The notes beneath the pieces were generated by a model that was not told the origin of the DNA, ran no database searches, and saw only the letters and a list, made by a program, of their open reading frames with translations. The translations under genes and the position numbers were made by a program. A DNA stretch of 39,059 nt from Lysobacterales bacterium. GTDB lineage: Bacteria > Pseudomonadota > Gammaproteobacteria > Xanthomonadales > SZUA-36. Location: positions 1 to 39,059 of the forward strand of contig SHZL01000001.1 of NCBI GenBank assembly GCA_009692275.1, written 5' to 3'. Within the stretch, counting starts at the first letter, position 1, and the number at the start of each line of letters is the position of its first letter. Positions 1-8,431 of this stretch are shown one piece after another.

Positions 1-2
1 AA

Positions 3-1262
3 CTCATCAGTAACATTGTCAACAATCAAACCATGTACGGCGTGGTGCGGGTCAAAGTACCGCTGCAAAACTGCCCTGGCGCAACGAATTGCGCCACAAC
101 TGCAACTGCACTGAATGCGCTGGGTCAGACCGTGGCAGCAAGCACTTTGTACGGCCTGTGCAAGACCAAGACTGGTTTGTGCAATTGCGGCGCAGGAGCC
201 AGCGACATCGCAACCACGGTGGATATCGCGGCCAACAAAACCATCTGCTCCATGACCATTCCACAAAATGTTGCTCCCCCGAACAACAAGAAAATCAAGG
301 TCAAGGGCAGCATGATGTGGGATTTCGTGGACTCCACCACCGGTGACCCGATTCCGCTTGCAAGGCTGCCATGGGCGCCGCGCGACCTGTACTTCAAGGT
401 CAGCCTCCCGATCGCCGTGAACGGGGACCATGATGTGAATGGTGATGGCGCCATGGACAATATGTTGTATATCCAGTCGCTGTCCGCCGACCAGGATCCC
501 GGCATCATCGCTCCCACGATTGATTACCTCAAGATACCGGACAGCACCAAGGCGGACTTCCTCTACTACACCGGCGAAGCATTGACAGCGACGAAGTTCG
601 CCGCCCTGGACAGGCCAACGCAATACCACATGCTCATGGCCAACGGCTATCCCTCCGGTTGGGTGGAGGCATTCACCCGGCTGGATATAAGCCGCAGTGA
701 ATGGACCAGCATTCCGGGTGTTCAGCCGTCGTTGACTATGCCCCCAGGCGGCGCCATTATCACGGAAGACGATGTGCGCAGTCCCTTGTTCGAGGACATA
801 CCGGCCTATTTGTACACCGGCGGCCTGATCGATATGCACGACCAGGTGAATATTTCCGGGCTGCTCTATGTGCCCCAGGGCATGGAACTGGAAGCAAAAA
901 ATGGTTCCAACGCCAGCCCGCAACCCACCCGGCAATACGTGATTGGGGCCATCGTGGTGCGCGACAGCTTCTACATTGAGGCGAAGGTCGGTGAAACAGC
1001 CACCGTGATCAGTTCCGAGCCGGCAATTTATTCCACTGCACAGATATCGGCAAACGCGGCCTTGTCCTCCAATGCCCGTGACATGGTGTTTGGCAGCAGT
1101 GTTGCCTCATCCACCACGATTTCGGGGGATGATGACGGGGAAGATGACGACGACGATGAGCCGACCGGCGTAGCCGGTACCTGCTACACGAGTTGCGCCC
1201 CATCCAGCGAGTCCGCGCATCCACCCGGCTCCAGTCGCTGGATTGAGGTTCGACCGGAATAG
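3..1262 (+). CDS. Hypothetical secreted protein, 5' end probably outside the window; possibly type IV pilus-associated (weak)
   Basis: Long ORF with its first ATG at 33, but the frame stays open back to base 3. N-terminal part is Cys-rich, with a GDDDGEDDDDDE acidic tract near the C-terminus. The ending ...SRWIEVRPE resembles the W-x-E-V endings I recall for PilX-type pilus proteins (recollection only). TAG stop at 1260 is backed up in frame by TGA and TAA within 4 codons, and a strong terminator follows. Confidence 0.55.
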   Translation, partial: LISNIVNNQTMYGVVRVKVPLQNCPGATNCATTATALNALGQTVAASTLYGLCKTKTGLCNCGAGASDIATTVDIAANKTICSMTIPQNVAPPNNKKIKVKGSMMWDFVDSTTGDPIPLARLPWAPRDLYFKVSLPIAVNGDHDVNGDGAMDNMLYIQSLSADQDPGIIAPTIDYLKIPDSTKADFLYYTGEALTATKFAALDRPTQYHMLMANGYPSGWVEAFTRLDISRSEWTSIPGVQPSLTMPPGGAIITEDDVRSPLFEDIPAYLYTGGLIDMHDQVNISGLLYVPQGMELEAKNGSNASPQPTRQYVIGAIVVRDSFYIEAKVGETATVISSEPAIYSTAQISANAALSSNARDMVFGSSVASSTTISGDDDGEDDDDDEPTGVAGTCYTSCAPSSESAHPPGSSRWIEVRPE

Positions 1263-1328
1263 AATAACTGATAAGGCGGGCGTATCTCAGCGGTGCGCTG
1301 GTTCCTGCTTTGTCTGTTCCTGAGAAAA

Positions 1329-1352
1329 GCCCCACCCCGGTGGGGCTTTTTT
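1329..1352 (+). terminator. Rho-independent terminator
   Basis: GCCCCAC / GTGGGGC stem (1329-1335 / 1340-1346) with loop CCCG, followed by TTTTTT (1347-1352), about 65 nt after the stop at 1262. Confidence 0.85.
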
Positions 1353-1359
1353 GCAGGGC

Positions 1360-1432
1360 GGGGTCAGAGTACCAATTCATCCGTAGCCACGGAACCAGCG
1401 ACGTCCCCTTGCTGAATTGGTACTCTGACCCC
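1360..1432. repeat. Palindromic extragenic repeat, unit 1 (GGGGTCAGAGTA family)
   Basis: Perfect 20-nt inverted repeat: GGGGTCAGAGTACCAATTCA (1360-1379) and TGAATTGGTACTCTGACCCC (1413-1432), separated by 33 nt. Confidence 0.9.
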
Positions 1433-1475
1433 AAGCTCCCCACCCGGGGCCTATAATGTCCGGCCACCCAAGCCA

Positions 1476-4469
1476 GTGATGAGACCAGGAAACGTGAATA
1501 ACCATCGGCGGCAAGCGCTCATTTACGCGTGCTTTTTTCTTTCCGGCACCGCCGGTTTGATTTACGAAGTAGTGTGGGCGCGCCAGCTGGGCCTGTTCCT
1601 GGGCATCACCTCGTACGCCCACACGGCGGTTATTGCTGCCTATATGCTGGGTCTGGCCCTCGGCAGCTGGCTGCTGGGGCGCGGGTCAGATCGATTCCTG
1701 AATCCCTTGCGGTTTTATGCCTGGCTTGAACTCGTGATCGCGCTGTTTGCGGCCACCACGCCGTGGCTGTTTGAATTCCTCCAGTCGGCCTACGCCAGCT
1801 GGGCCGGGATCGCGGGCGTCACCGGCAACAGCGCCCATCTGACGCGCTTCGCCATTGCCCTTGCAGCGCTGCTACTGCCTACTTTTCTGATGGGTGGCAC
1901 CTTGCCCTTGCTGGTCCGCGGCGTAGTGCACAGTTTGCCCCAGCTCGGCGCCGTGACGGGCCGTCTGTATGGCCTCAACACGCTGGGCGCCACGCTTGGG
2001 ACGGCCCTGGCGGGTTTCGTCCTGCTACCGTGGCTGGGGGTAGTCAATACCATTTTCTGCGGCGTAGTAATCAACATTGGCATCGCACTCGTAATCCTGA
2101 GTTTGCCGCGGGCTGTGGTGGCTCCGCAGACAGCCCGCACGCTGAAAGACGATACAGTGATGGATACACCCGCCCTCACCTCAGCTCTCACCCCAGAGCT
2201 CACCCCAGTTCTCACTATGGGCCAGCGGGTATTTTTGTTGACGGGATTCGCGGCCGCAGGCTTTGCTGCTCTGCTGATCCAGTTGGCCTGGATTCGCAGC
2301 ATGGTGCTGGTGGTGGGGGGCAGTGTCTATGCCTTCAGTATCACGCTTACATCCTTCCTGGCCGGGATCGGTATGGGCAGCTTGATTTACAGCCGCTGGT
2401 TGAGCAGGCGCCAGTTGCCGGACGAGCGCTTTGCCCTGGCCGCGTCCCTGGCGTTCTTTGCCGGTCTTGCAATATTGCTGGGCCTGCTGGTCATCGTCCG
2501 CTTGCCGCGCTGGTTCCTGCAAGGCTACGACGCGGGTTGGGTGGACGATTTTGCGACCTACCAGGTCTTCATTTTTGCCTTGAGCCTGGCGCCGATGATC
2601 CTGCCAACCCTGCTGATGGGCGCCCTGTTTCCCTTGCTGGCAGTAACCTGGACCCGCAGCCAGGAAAGCGCGGGCCGCGGCATCGGCAGTGCTTATGCCG
2701 TGAACACCCTGGGCACGATTTTTGGCGCCTTGCTCGGTGGCCTTGTGCTGCTCCCCTCGCTGGGCATACAGCACAGCATAATCCTTGCTGCCGGTATCTA
2801 CGTAGCTGCTGCCATTGGGTTTTGGCTGGCCGCGCATCATCCCAGGCCCCTGACGACCGCGGTTGCCGTGTCTGTCTTCTTGCTGGCTGCCTACCTTCTG
2901 CCCTCCTGGGACCGCATGATGATGGCCCGGGGCATTTACTATGAGCCACAACAGTATGTCGAAGGTTTACATGATGGCGATCTGGAAGGCGTGGTGCGGG
3001 CAGAACCCCTGTTGTATTACGGCGAAGGCCTGGAAGGCACGGTCTCCGTCGTCCAGGAAGAGGTACAACGCGCGTTGCGCATCAATGGAAAAGTGGACGC
3101 CAGCAGTGAATCCGACCTGCAATCCCAGGTCAGTGCCGGCCAGCTGGCGGCCCTGATTCACCCGAAACCCCGTAACGCCCTGCTAATCGGATTGGGCAGC
3201 GGCGTTACCGCCGGAGCCCTGCTCACCCATCGCTCGATCGGAGAGCTCACGGTGCTGGAGATGTCACCGCAGGTGGTGGAGGCATCCGCATTTTTCGCCG
3301 ATACGAACCGCCACGCGCTAGAGGATTCCAGGCTGAAACTGGTTTCGGCCGATGCACGCAATTACGTGCTCGCCGCAAGGCAGCAATGGGACCTGATCGT
3401 TTCCGAGCCCAGCAATCCCTGGATCAGCGGTGTATCCAACCTCTTCACCGAGGACTTCTTTCGCCTGGCCAAGACCAGACTGGCCCCGGGTGGCATCATG
3501 ACGCAGTGGTTTCATTCCTACAGCGTAACCGCCGAGGATGTAAAATCAGTGCTACACGCTTTTTCCTCCAACTACGCCTATGTCACCATCTGGCATATGC
3601 AATATGGTGACCTGTTCCTGCTCGGTTCCGACCAACCGTATTTCCTCGACCAGCAGAAACTTCAGGCGGCCCTTGCTGACCCCGTGATCGGTCCTGACTT
3701 GCGCCGCGCAAACTTGGGCACGCCGCGTGAACTGTATCGCCATTTCCTCGCCTCGGGCGGATCGCTGACCGATTACCTGGCGGGGGCGATCACCAACAGT
3801 GACCGGCGACCCCATATTGAATTCAGTGCGCCTCGCAGCCTGTATGCCGGCTGGACTGACGCCGGCCTCCTGGATATCGCCCGGATTCTCAACGGCCAGA
3901 AGTTTGCCTTGCCCCTGCAGAACCAGGTTGCAAGCGACCGTAGCGGTATTACCAACACCGCCATGGGCCTGCAGGTCCGCGCATTGCTCGAAACACCGCA
4001 AGAAAACCTGCAGGCGTGGTGGTGGGTGTGGCGGGAAGCGTCCTGGCGCACTCCCGCGCCCACGCCCGACATTGGAGACCTGCGCGAGATGTCGTGGTCC
4101 GAGGGCGGCCTGCCCATCCAGGTTCAGTTAGAGCAATTTGATTTCTCCCCCGACCTTGACGTTCGCGCCCGCGAGCTATACGCCCAACTCAAACTGCCGG
4201 TAGTAGCGGGCGGCATGCTGGACAAGTCGGGCGACGAACACGCCCTCTGGTCGCTCGGCGCCAATGAACGTGCCGACCCCGGGGCCGGACCAGCGTTTGG
4301 CGCCGGTGTCATCGAGCTGGCCTTGAGCTGGACCTGCCCCTTAAGCGAGGGCGCCGTCAATCGCTTCCTGGTCGTGGCCCAACTGGCCGATCCTGGCGAG
4401 GAAGCATGGCCTGAAACTCTGGCCGCTTTCGCCAGCCGTTTTGAATGCCTTAATTTGGGGTCAGAGTAA
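1476..4469 (+). CDS. Fused polytopic membrane (MFS-like) / spermidine synthase-like aminopropyltransferase family protein with a long C-terminal extension
   Basis: About 480 aa of repeated hydrophobic helices, then a SpeE/class-I methyltransferase-like core (LIGLGSGVTAGALL, DLIVSEPSNPWISGVSNLFTEDFF, PGGIMTQW), then roughly 300 aa of unassigned sequence. Start is GTG 1476 or ATG 1479. The last codons and the TAA stop lie inside repeat unit 2. Confidence 0.8.
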   Translation: MMRPGNVNNHRRQALIYACFFLSGTAGLIYEVVWARQLGLFLGITSYAHTAVIAAYMLGLALGSWLLGRGSDRFLNPLRFYAWLELVIALFAATTPWLFEFLQSAYASWAGIAGVTGNSAHLTRFAIALAALLLPTFLMGGTLPLLVRGVVHSLPQLGAVTGRLYGLNTLGATLGTALAGFVLLPWLGVVNTIFCGVVINIGIALVILSLPRAVVAPQTARTLKDDTVMDTPALTSALTPELTPVLTMGQRVFLLTGFAAAGFAALLIQLAWIRSMVLVVGGSVYAFSITLTSFLAGIGMGSLIYSRWLSRRQLPDERFALAASLAFFAGLAILLGLLVIVRLPRWFLQGYDAGWVDDFATYQVFIFALSLAPMILPTLLMGALFPLLAVTWTRSQESAGRGIGSAYAVNTLGTIFGALLGGLVLLPSLGIQHSIILAAGIYVAAAIGFWLAAHHPRPLTTAVAVSVFLLAAYLLPSWDRMMMARGIYYEPQQYVEGLHDGDLEGVVRAEPLLYYGEGLEGTVSVVQEEVQRALRINGKVDASSESDLQSQVSAGQLAALIHPKPRNALLIGLGSGVTAGALLTHRSIGELTVLEMSPQVVEASAFFADTNRHALEDSRLKLVSADARNYVLAARQQWDLIVSEPSNPWISGVSNLFTEDFFRLAKTRLAPGGIMTQWFHSYSVTAEDVKSVLHAFSSNYAYVTIWHMQYGDLFLLGSDQPYFLDQQKLQAALADPVIGPDLRRANLGTPRELYRHFLASGGSLTDYLAGAITNSDRRPHIEFSAPRSLYAGWTDAGLLDIARILNGQKFALPLQNQVASDRSGITNTAMGLQVRALLETPQENLQAWWWVWREASWRTPAPTPDIGDLREMSWSEGGLPIQVQLEQFDFSPDLDVRARELYAQLKLPVVAGGMLDKSGDEHALWSLGANERADPGAGPAFGAGVIELALSWTCPLSEGAVNRFLVVAQLADPGEEAWPETLAAFASRFECLNLGSE

Positions 4470-4528
4470 AAACTTATGGACAATGCCACGCTCTTTAGCA
4501 ACAACTCAGGAGTTTTTACTCTGACCCC
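4457..4528. repeat. Palindromic extragenic repeat, unit 2 (GGGGTCAGAGTA family)
   Basis: Perfect 18-nt inverted repeat: GGGGTCAGAGTAAAAACT (4457-4474) and AGTTTTTACTCTGACCCC (4511-4528), separated by 36 nt. Confidence 0.9.
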
Positions 4529-4556
4529 ATCACTCCCACTTACAGAAGCGATCCCC

Positions 4557-5861
4557 ATGACCAAATTCATTTGGCTTTGCACTTGTATCATTGCCGCCTG
4601 CCTCGGCTACAACTTGGCATATGCGCAGCAAGCGGCAGTCACTGTTGGGCCGGTCTATGTAAAGGCCGGACACCTGCTCAACCCGGTCGATGGCAAGGTG
4701 ATCGACAACGCGGTGATCACGGTGACGGGCGATCGCATCACCGCCGTTGGTGATCAGAACACGGATATTCCGGCCGATGCAGCCGTGCTGGACCTGTCGG
4801 GCGCCTACGTATTGCCTGGGCTTATCGACATGCACACCCACATTGTCGGGTACCTGGACACGTACTATTTCGCTGCATATTTCCAGTCGCCGCACCGCGC
4901 GGTGATCGGCGGCGTGGTCAATGCCGAGCGCACCCTCTTGGCCGGTTTTACCAGCATTCGCAATGTCGGGGCGCCTGATTACCAGGACATTGCCATCCGC
5001 GATGCGATCAATGCCGGCGAAATACCGGGACCACGCATGGCAGCATCCGGCCCCAGCCTGGGCATCACCGGTGGACACTGCGATAACAATTCACTCAACC
5101 ATGCATTCGGGGAACGTTCCGATGGAGTGGCAGACGGCCCGTGGGAAGTGCGCACTGCAGTGCGCAAGAACGTCAAGTACGGCGCCGACCTGATCAAGTT
5201 CTGCGCCACCGGCGGCGTGTTTTCCAAGGGCACCATACCGGGCCAAACCCAGTACACGCTGGAGGAGATGCAAGCCATTGTTGATGAGGCCCATACCCAC
5301 GGGCGCAAGGTAGCGGCCCATGCGCACGGCACCGAGGGCATCAAGCGCGCCATCACCGCCGGGGTGGATTCCGTGGAGCACGCCAGTTATCTCGACGATG
5401 AAGCCATTGCCATGGCAAAGAAAAACGGCACCTGGCTGGCCATGGACATTTACAACACCGAATACACCACGGCCGAAGGCAAAGCCAACGGCGTCCCGGA
5501 AGAAAACATTGCCAAGGACCGCGCTGTCGGCGCGGCCCAGCGTGATAGCTTCTCCAGGGCGGTCAAAGCCGGCGTGAAGATGGTCTACGCCACCGACGCC
5601 GGCGTGTATCCCCACGGCAGTAACGGCAAACAGTTTGCCTTCATGGTGCAGTTCGGCATGACACCCCTGCAAGCCATCCAGTCAGCCACCGTCAACGCCG
5701 CCGAGCTGCTGGGTTGGCAGGATCACGTGGGCCAGATCGCCCCCGGCTTTTACGCCGACCTGATTGCCGTCAAAGGCGACCCTCTGCAGGACGTACGCGT
5801 GCTGGAAGATGTCGGGTTCGTGATGAAGGGTGGGGTTGTTTACAAACAAACCTCGCATTGA
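4557..5861 (+). CDS. Secreted metal-dependent amidohydrolase family protein (Xaa-Pro dipeptidase / imidazolonepropionase-like)
   Basis: Amidohydrolase metal-ligand pattern: LPGLIDMHTHI, KFCATGG, AAHAHG, VEHASY, ATDAGV. ATG 4557 gives a signal peptide MTKFIWLCTCIIAACLGYNLAYA. The upstream ATG 4476 lies inside the repeat and adds no hydrophobic leader. Confidence 0.85.
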   Translation: MTKFIWLCTCIIAACLGYNLAYAQQAAVTVGPVYVKAGHLLNPVDGKVIDNAVITVTGDRITAVGDQNTDIPADAAVLDLSGAYVLPGLIDMHTHIVGYLDTYYFAAYFQSPHRAVIGGVVNAERTLLAGFTSIRNVGAPDYQDIAIRDAINAGEIPGPRMAASGPSLGITGGHCDNNSLNHAFGERSDGVADGPWEVRTAVRKNVKYGADLIKFCATGGVFSKGTIPGQTQYTLEEMQAIVDEAHTHGRKVAAHAHGTEGIKRAITAGVDSVEHASYLDDEAIAMAKKNGTWLAMDIYNTEYTTAEGKANGVPEENIAKDRAVGAAQRDSFSRAVKAGVKMVYATDAGVYPHGSNGKQFAFMVQFGMTPLQAIQSATVNAAELLGWQDHVGQIAPGFYADLIAVKGDPLQDVRVLEDVGFVMKGGVVYKQTSH

Positions 5862-5866
5862 ACTGA

Positions 5867-6025
5867 GCGGCCTGCGGGGACTTTCTCCCGGGACCGTCGC
5901 CAGCAGGGCAGGGATTGCTCCCGGCAATCCTTCTGCATTTCCTCCATCCCTGGAGGTCGATGCTGGCGAGGAGCCTACAAGGATGTATTCACGGCGTGTC
6001 CCGGGGGGAAGTCCCCGCAGGCCGC
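5867..6025 (+). other. 159-nt nested palindromic element (candidate structured RNA or extragenic palindrome) between convergent genes
   Basis: 28-nt arms: GCGGCCTGCGGGGACTTTCTCCCGGGAC (5867-5894) and GTCCCGGGGGGAAGTCCCCGCAGGCCGC (5998-6025). Inner pairings are CGCCAGCA/TGCTGGCG, GGGATTGC/GCAATCC(T) and CCTCCA/TGGAGG. The two arm mismatches become G-U pairs only in a plus-strand transcript. Confidence 0.6.
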
Positions 6026-6077
6026 GAACCCAGTAGCACCCGTTTGTTGAAGGCTGGGCGCGGGATGTGTGTGGCTC

Positions 6078-8132
6078 TTATTCGATAGGGTAACGCTGCA
6101 ACAACGGCCCCAGTGCTTCTTTCAGCGGCCCCAGGTGGGATTCGAAATTGCGCCACTGCTCCAGGCCGCCCTGGTAGATGGGCTGGCGCACCTGTTCGGC
6201 GCTGGGCGTGCGGATGGCGCGCTCGGTTTCATAGAAACGCAGACACTGCTCTTCGAACGGCAGCCCGCAGTGTTCCAGCAGGCGGCGAACCTGACCTTCG
6301 GTATCGGCCACCATGTCTTCGTATTGCACTCGCAGCACCCGGCCGGGTAGCACCTGGTCCCAATGATCCATCAGGATGATGTAGTCCCGGTAGTAGCGCC
6401 CCATGCCCTCGAGGTCATAGGTGAAGGTCTGGCCGCGGGCAAACAATTGCTTGAAATTGGAAAAGCAGCAGGCCATGGGGTGACGGCGCGCATCGATGAT
6501 TTTCGCATTGGGCAGGATCAGGTGGATCAGTCCAATGTGTTGAAAGTTGTTCGGCAGCTTGTCGATGAAATACGGCTGGTCACCGCGCTGAATGCGCGTG
6601 GTCTGCAGGTAACTTTCACCCAGTTCGCGAAATTTGTCTGCCGGCAGGTCCCGCAGGATCTCGGGGTAGCAAGACGCCGGATTCTGCTTCGACTTTTGCC
6701 CCAGCTTGCGTGCAATGGCAATAATGTCGGTAAGCTCAGCGGTCCCGTCTACCAGAGAATGGCTGGCGAGGATCTGCTCCAGCAGGGTGGAACCGGAGCG
6801 CGGCAGGCCGACGATGAAAATCGGGTCGGGTGCGGGACAACCCTGCCCGGTTCGAGCAGCGCAGAACGCGGAGTCCAGGGCCTTGATCTGGCGGGCGGTA
6901 TCGAACACGTTGATGCGCGGATTGTGCCGGTGCTTGATGCGCCGGATGGCATTGCCCCGCTTGTAGAAGCGGAAGGATTCGTCATATTCCTTGCGGTCTT
7001 CCAGGGCTTTACCGAGGGCAAAGGCAATGTGAGCCTGGTCATCCGCGTCGCCGCCCTCGCTGGTGACCTGTGAACGCATCAGCTCAATGTCCGCATCGCC
7101 GAAGCGGAAGGTCTTGAGGTTGGCCAGGCTCCAGTATGCCTCGCCGATAGTTGGGCTCAAAGCTATGCATCTGCGGTACGCGGCAATGGCTTCCTCCAGG
7201 CGCCCCACCGATTTGAGCGTATGCCCGTAATTCATCTGCGCCCCCGCCTGCTTGGGGTAGTTTTTCAGTATCTTCTCGAAGATGGCCAGTGCTTCCTCGT
7301 GATCACCGCGCCGCACCAGCACAGACCCCTTGAGTACCAGGAAACCGGGGTTGTTGGGTTCGCGCGCCAGCAGTTGGCTTATCTGCGCATGGGCTTCCTC
7401 GAGTTTCTGCTGGCGCAATAGCGCCACGGCGTAGCTGTGGCGTGCGAGGTGGAAATCCGGCGCCAATTGCAGGCAGCGCTCCAATAAATGTCCGGCATCC
7501 TTGAGCTGATCCAGTTTCAGGGCAATGTCCGCGAGGATGCGCATGGCCGACACATCGGCCGGGTGCTGCATGAGAAAATCCTTGGTCAGGCGCTCGGCCT
7601 TGGCCAGCTTGCCGTCACGCACCAGATCAATGGCCTCAACCAGCTCGGGGTGCCGCACTGAGAGGGCATAGTGCCGCTCGTAGGCTGCGCGGGAGCCTGC
7701 TTCGTCGCCGCTGACTGCCAGCTGGTCGCCCAGCGCACGCCAGGCACCCGCATGTTTCGAGTCCAGGCGCACGGACTTCCTGAGTGCGGCGATGGCCTTG
7801 TCACCCTGCCCGACTGCGCCCAGCGATTGCCCGTACTCAAAAAGAAAACTGGGGGAGTCGGAATTGCGGGCAGCCAATGGCTCCAGCACCGCGAGGGCTT
7901 TCCGGGGTTTGCCTTGCCGGCGCAAAGCGGCAGCGAGAATGCGCATGGCGGGTTCGTTGCGGGAATAAACCTTGAGTATTTCCACGGCTTGCTGCTCTGC
8001 CAGGCCGGGATTCTGGTTGAGCAGGCTGGTGGCATGTTTGAGTGCCGTGCCAATGTCTGCGTTGGGTGTTTCCTCGGATGTGTTCACGGTGCACGTAGCC
8101 GGGTCGGGGAATTGTGCTGTATTAAGCCACAA
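6078..8132 (-). CDS. TPR-repeat sulfotransferase family protein
   Basis: N-terminal half is made of TPR-like helical repeats. C-terminal half carries the sulfotransferase PAPS-binding loop GLPRSGSTLLEQILASHS and downstream conserved blocks. Start is uncertain: TTG 8132 touches the repeat cluster, and GTG 8087 is an alternative. Confidence 0.8.
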   Translation of the reverse strand: MWLNTAQFPDPATCTVNTSEETPNADIGTALKHATSLLNQNPGLAEQQAVEILKVYSRNEPAMRILAAALRRQGKPRKALAVLEPLAARNSDSPSFLFEYGQSLGAVGQGDKAIAALRKSVRLDSKHAGAWRALGDQLAVSGDEAGSRAAYERHYALSVRHPELVEAIDLVRDGKLAKAERLTKDFLMQHPADVSAMRILADIALKLDQLKDAGHLLERCLQLAPDFHLARHSYAVALLRQQKLEEAHAQISQLLAREPNNPGFLVLKGSVLVRRGDHEEALAIFEKILKNYPKQAGAQMNYGHTLKSVGRLEEAIAAYRRCIALSPTIGEAYWSLANLKTFRFGDADIELMRSQVTSEGGDADDQAHIAFALGKALEDRKEYDESFRFYKRGNAIRRIKHRHNPRINVFDTARQIKALDSAFCAARTGQGCPAPDPIFIVGLPRSGSTLLEQILASHSLVDGTAELTDIIAIARKLGQKSKQNPASCYPEILRDLPADKFRELGESYLQTTRIQRGDQPYFIDKLPNNFQHIGLIHLILPNAKIIDARRHPMACCFSNFKQLFARGQTFTYDLEGMGRYYRDYIILMDHWDQVLPGRVLRVQYEDMVADTEGQVRRLLEHCGLPFEEQCLRFYETERAIRTPSAEQVRQPIYQGGLEQWRNFESHLGPLKEALGPLLQRYPIE

Positions 8133-8270
8133 ATTTGGGGTCAGAGTAAAAACTCACCCACTACCATGCGCAAGCGGTATCCCGCTAGTGGGTTTTTACT
8201 CCGACCCCAAATTGTACTCTGACCCCAAATTTTGAAATTGTACTCTGACCCCAAATTTTGCCAAATTTTG
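8131..8270. repeat. Repeat cluster of the GGGGTCAGAGTA family (one imperfect palindrome plus two tandem half-sites)
   Basis: GGGGTCAGAGTAAAAACTCACCCACTA (8137-8163) pairs with TAGTGGGTTTTTACTCCGACCCC (8186-8208). This is followed by a perfect 25-nt direct repeat AAATTGTACTCTGACCCCAAATTTT at 8209-8233 and 8235-8259, and a further AAATTTTG at 8263-8270. Confidence 0.9.
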
Positions 8271-8431
8271 CTTCCTTCTACCCGGGAAACAGGACAAGTC
8301 ATCCATTCAGGCGCATGTATTGTTGGCATTGCTCGTAGAACCTATGTCACACTGCAACAAATCCTTAACAAGTTTGCGTTGTCCATGCAACCAAAGAATT
8401 TTTGTTTTCGACCCCAACCGAGGAAAACATC

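Noticed and set aside
1452-1457. Perfect TATAAT hexamers: 1452-1457 on the plus strand (19 nt before GTG 1476) and 28014-28019 on the minus strand (upstream of the small repeat-protein ORF).
   Set aside because: Neither has a convincing -35 element or an extended -10 TG at proper spacing. They are not reported as promoters.
5830-6036. 68-aa ORF spanning the 159-nt palindrome.
   Set aside because: The reading frame is a by-product of the inverted repeat, giving mirror-like Pro/Gly/Arg-rich sequence. It also overlaps the end of the amidohydrolase gene.
8209-8259. CRISPR-like array, suggested by the perfect 25-nt direct repeats.
   Set aside because: There are only two copies, separated by a single base, with no spacers and no cas genes. 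The repeats belong to the GGGGTCAGAGTA half-site family.
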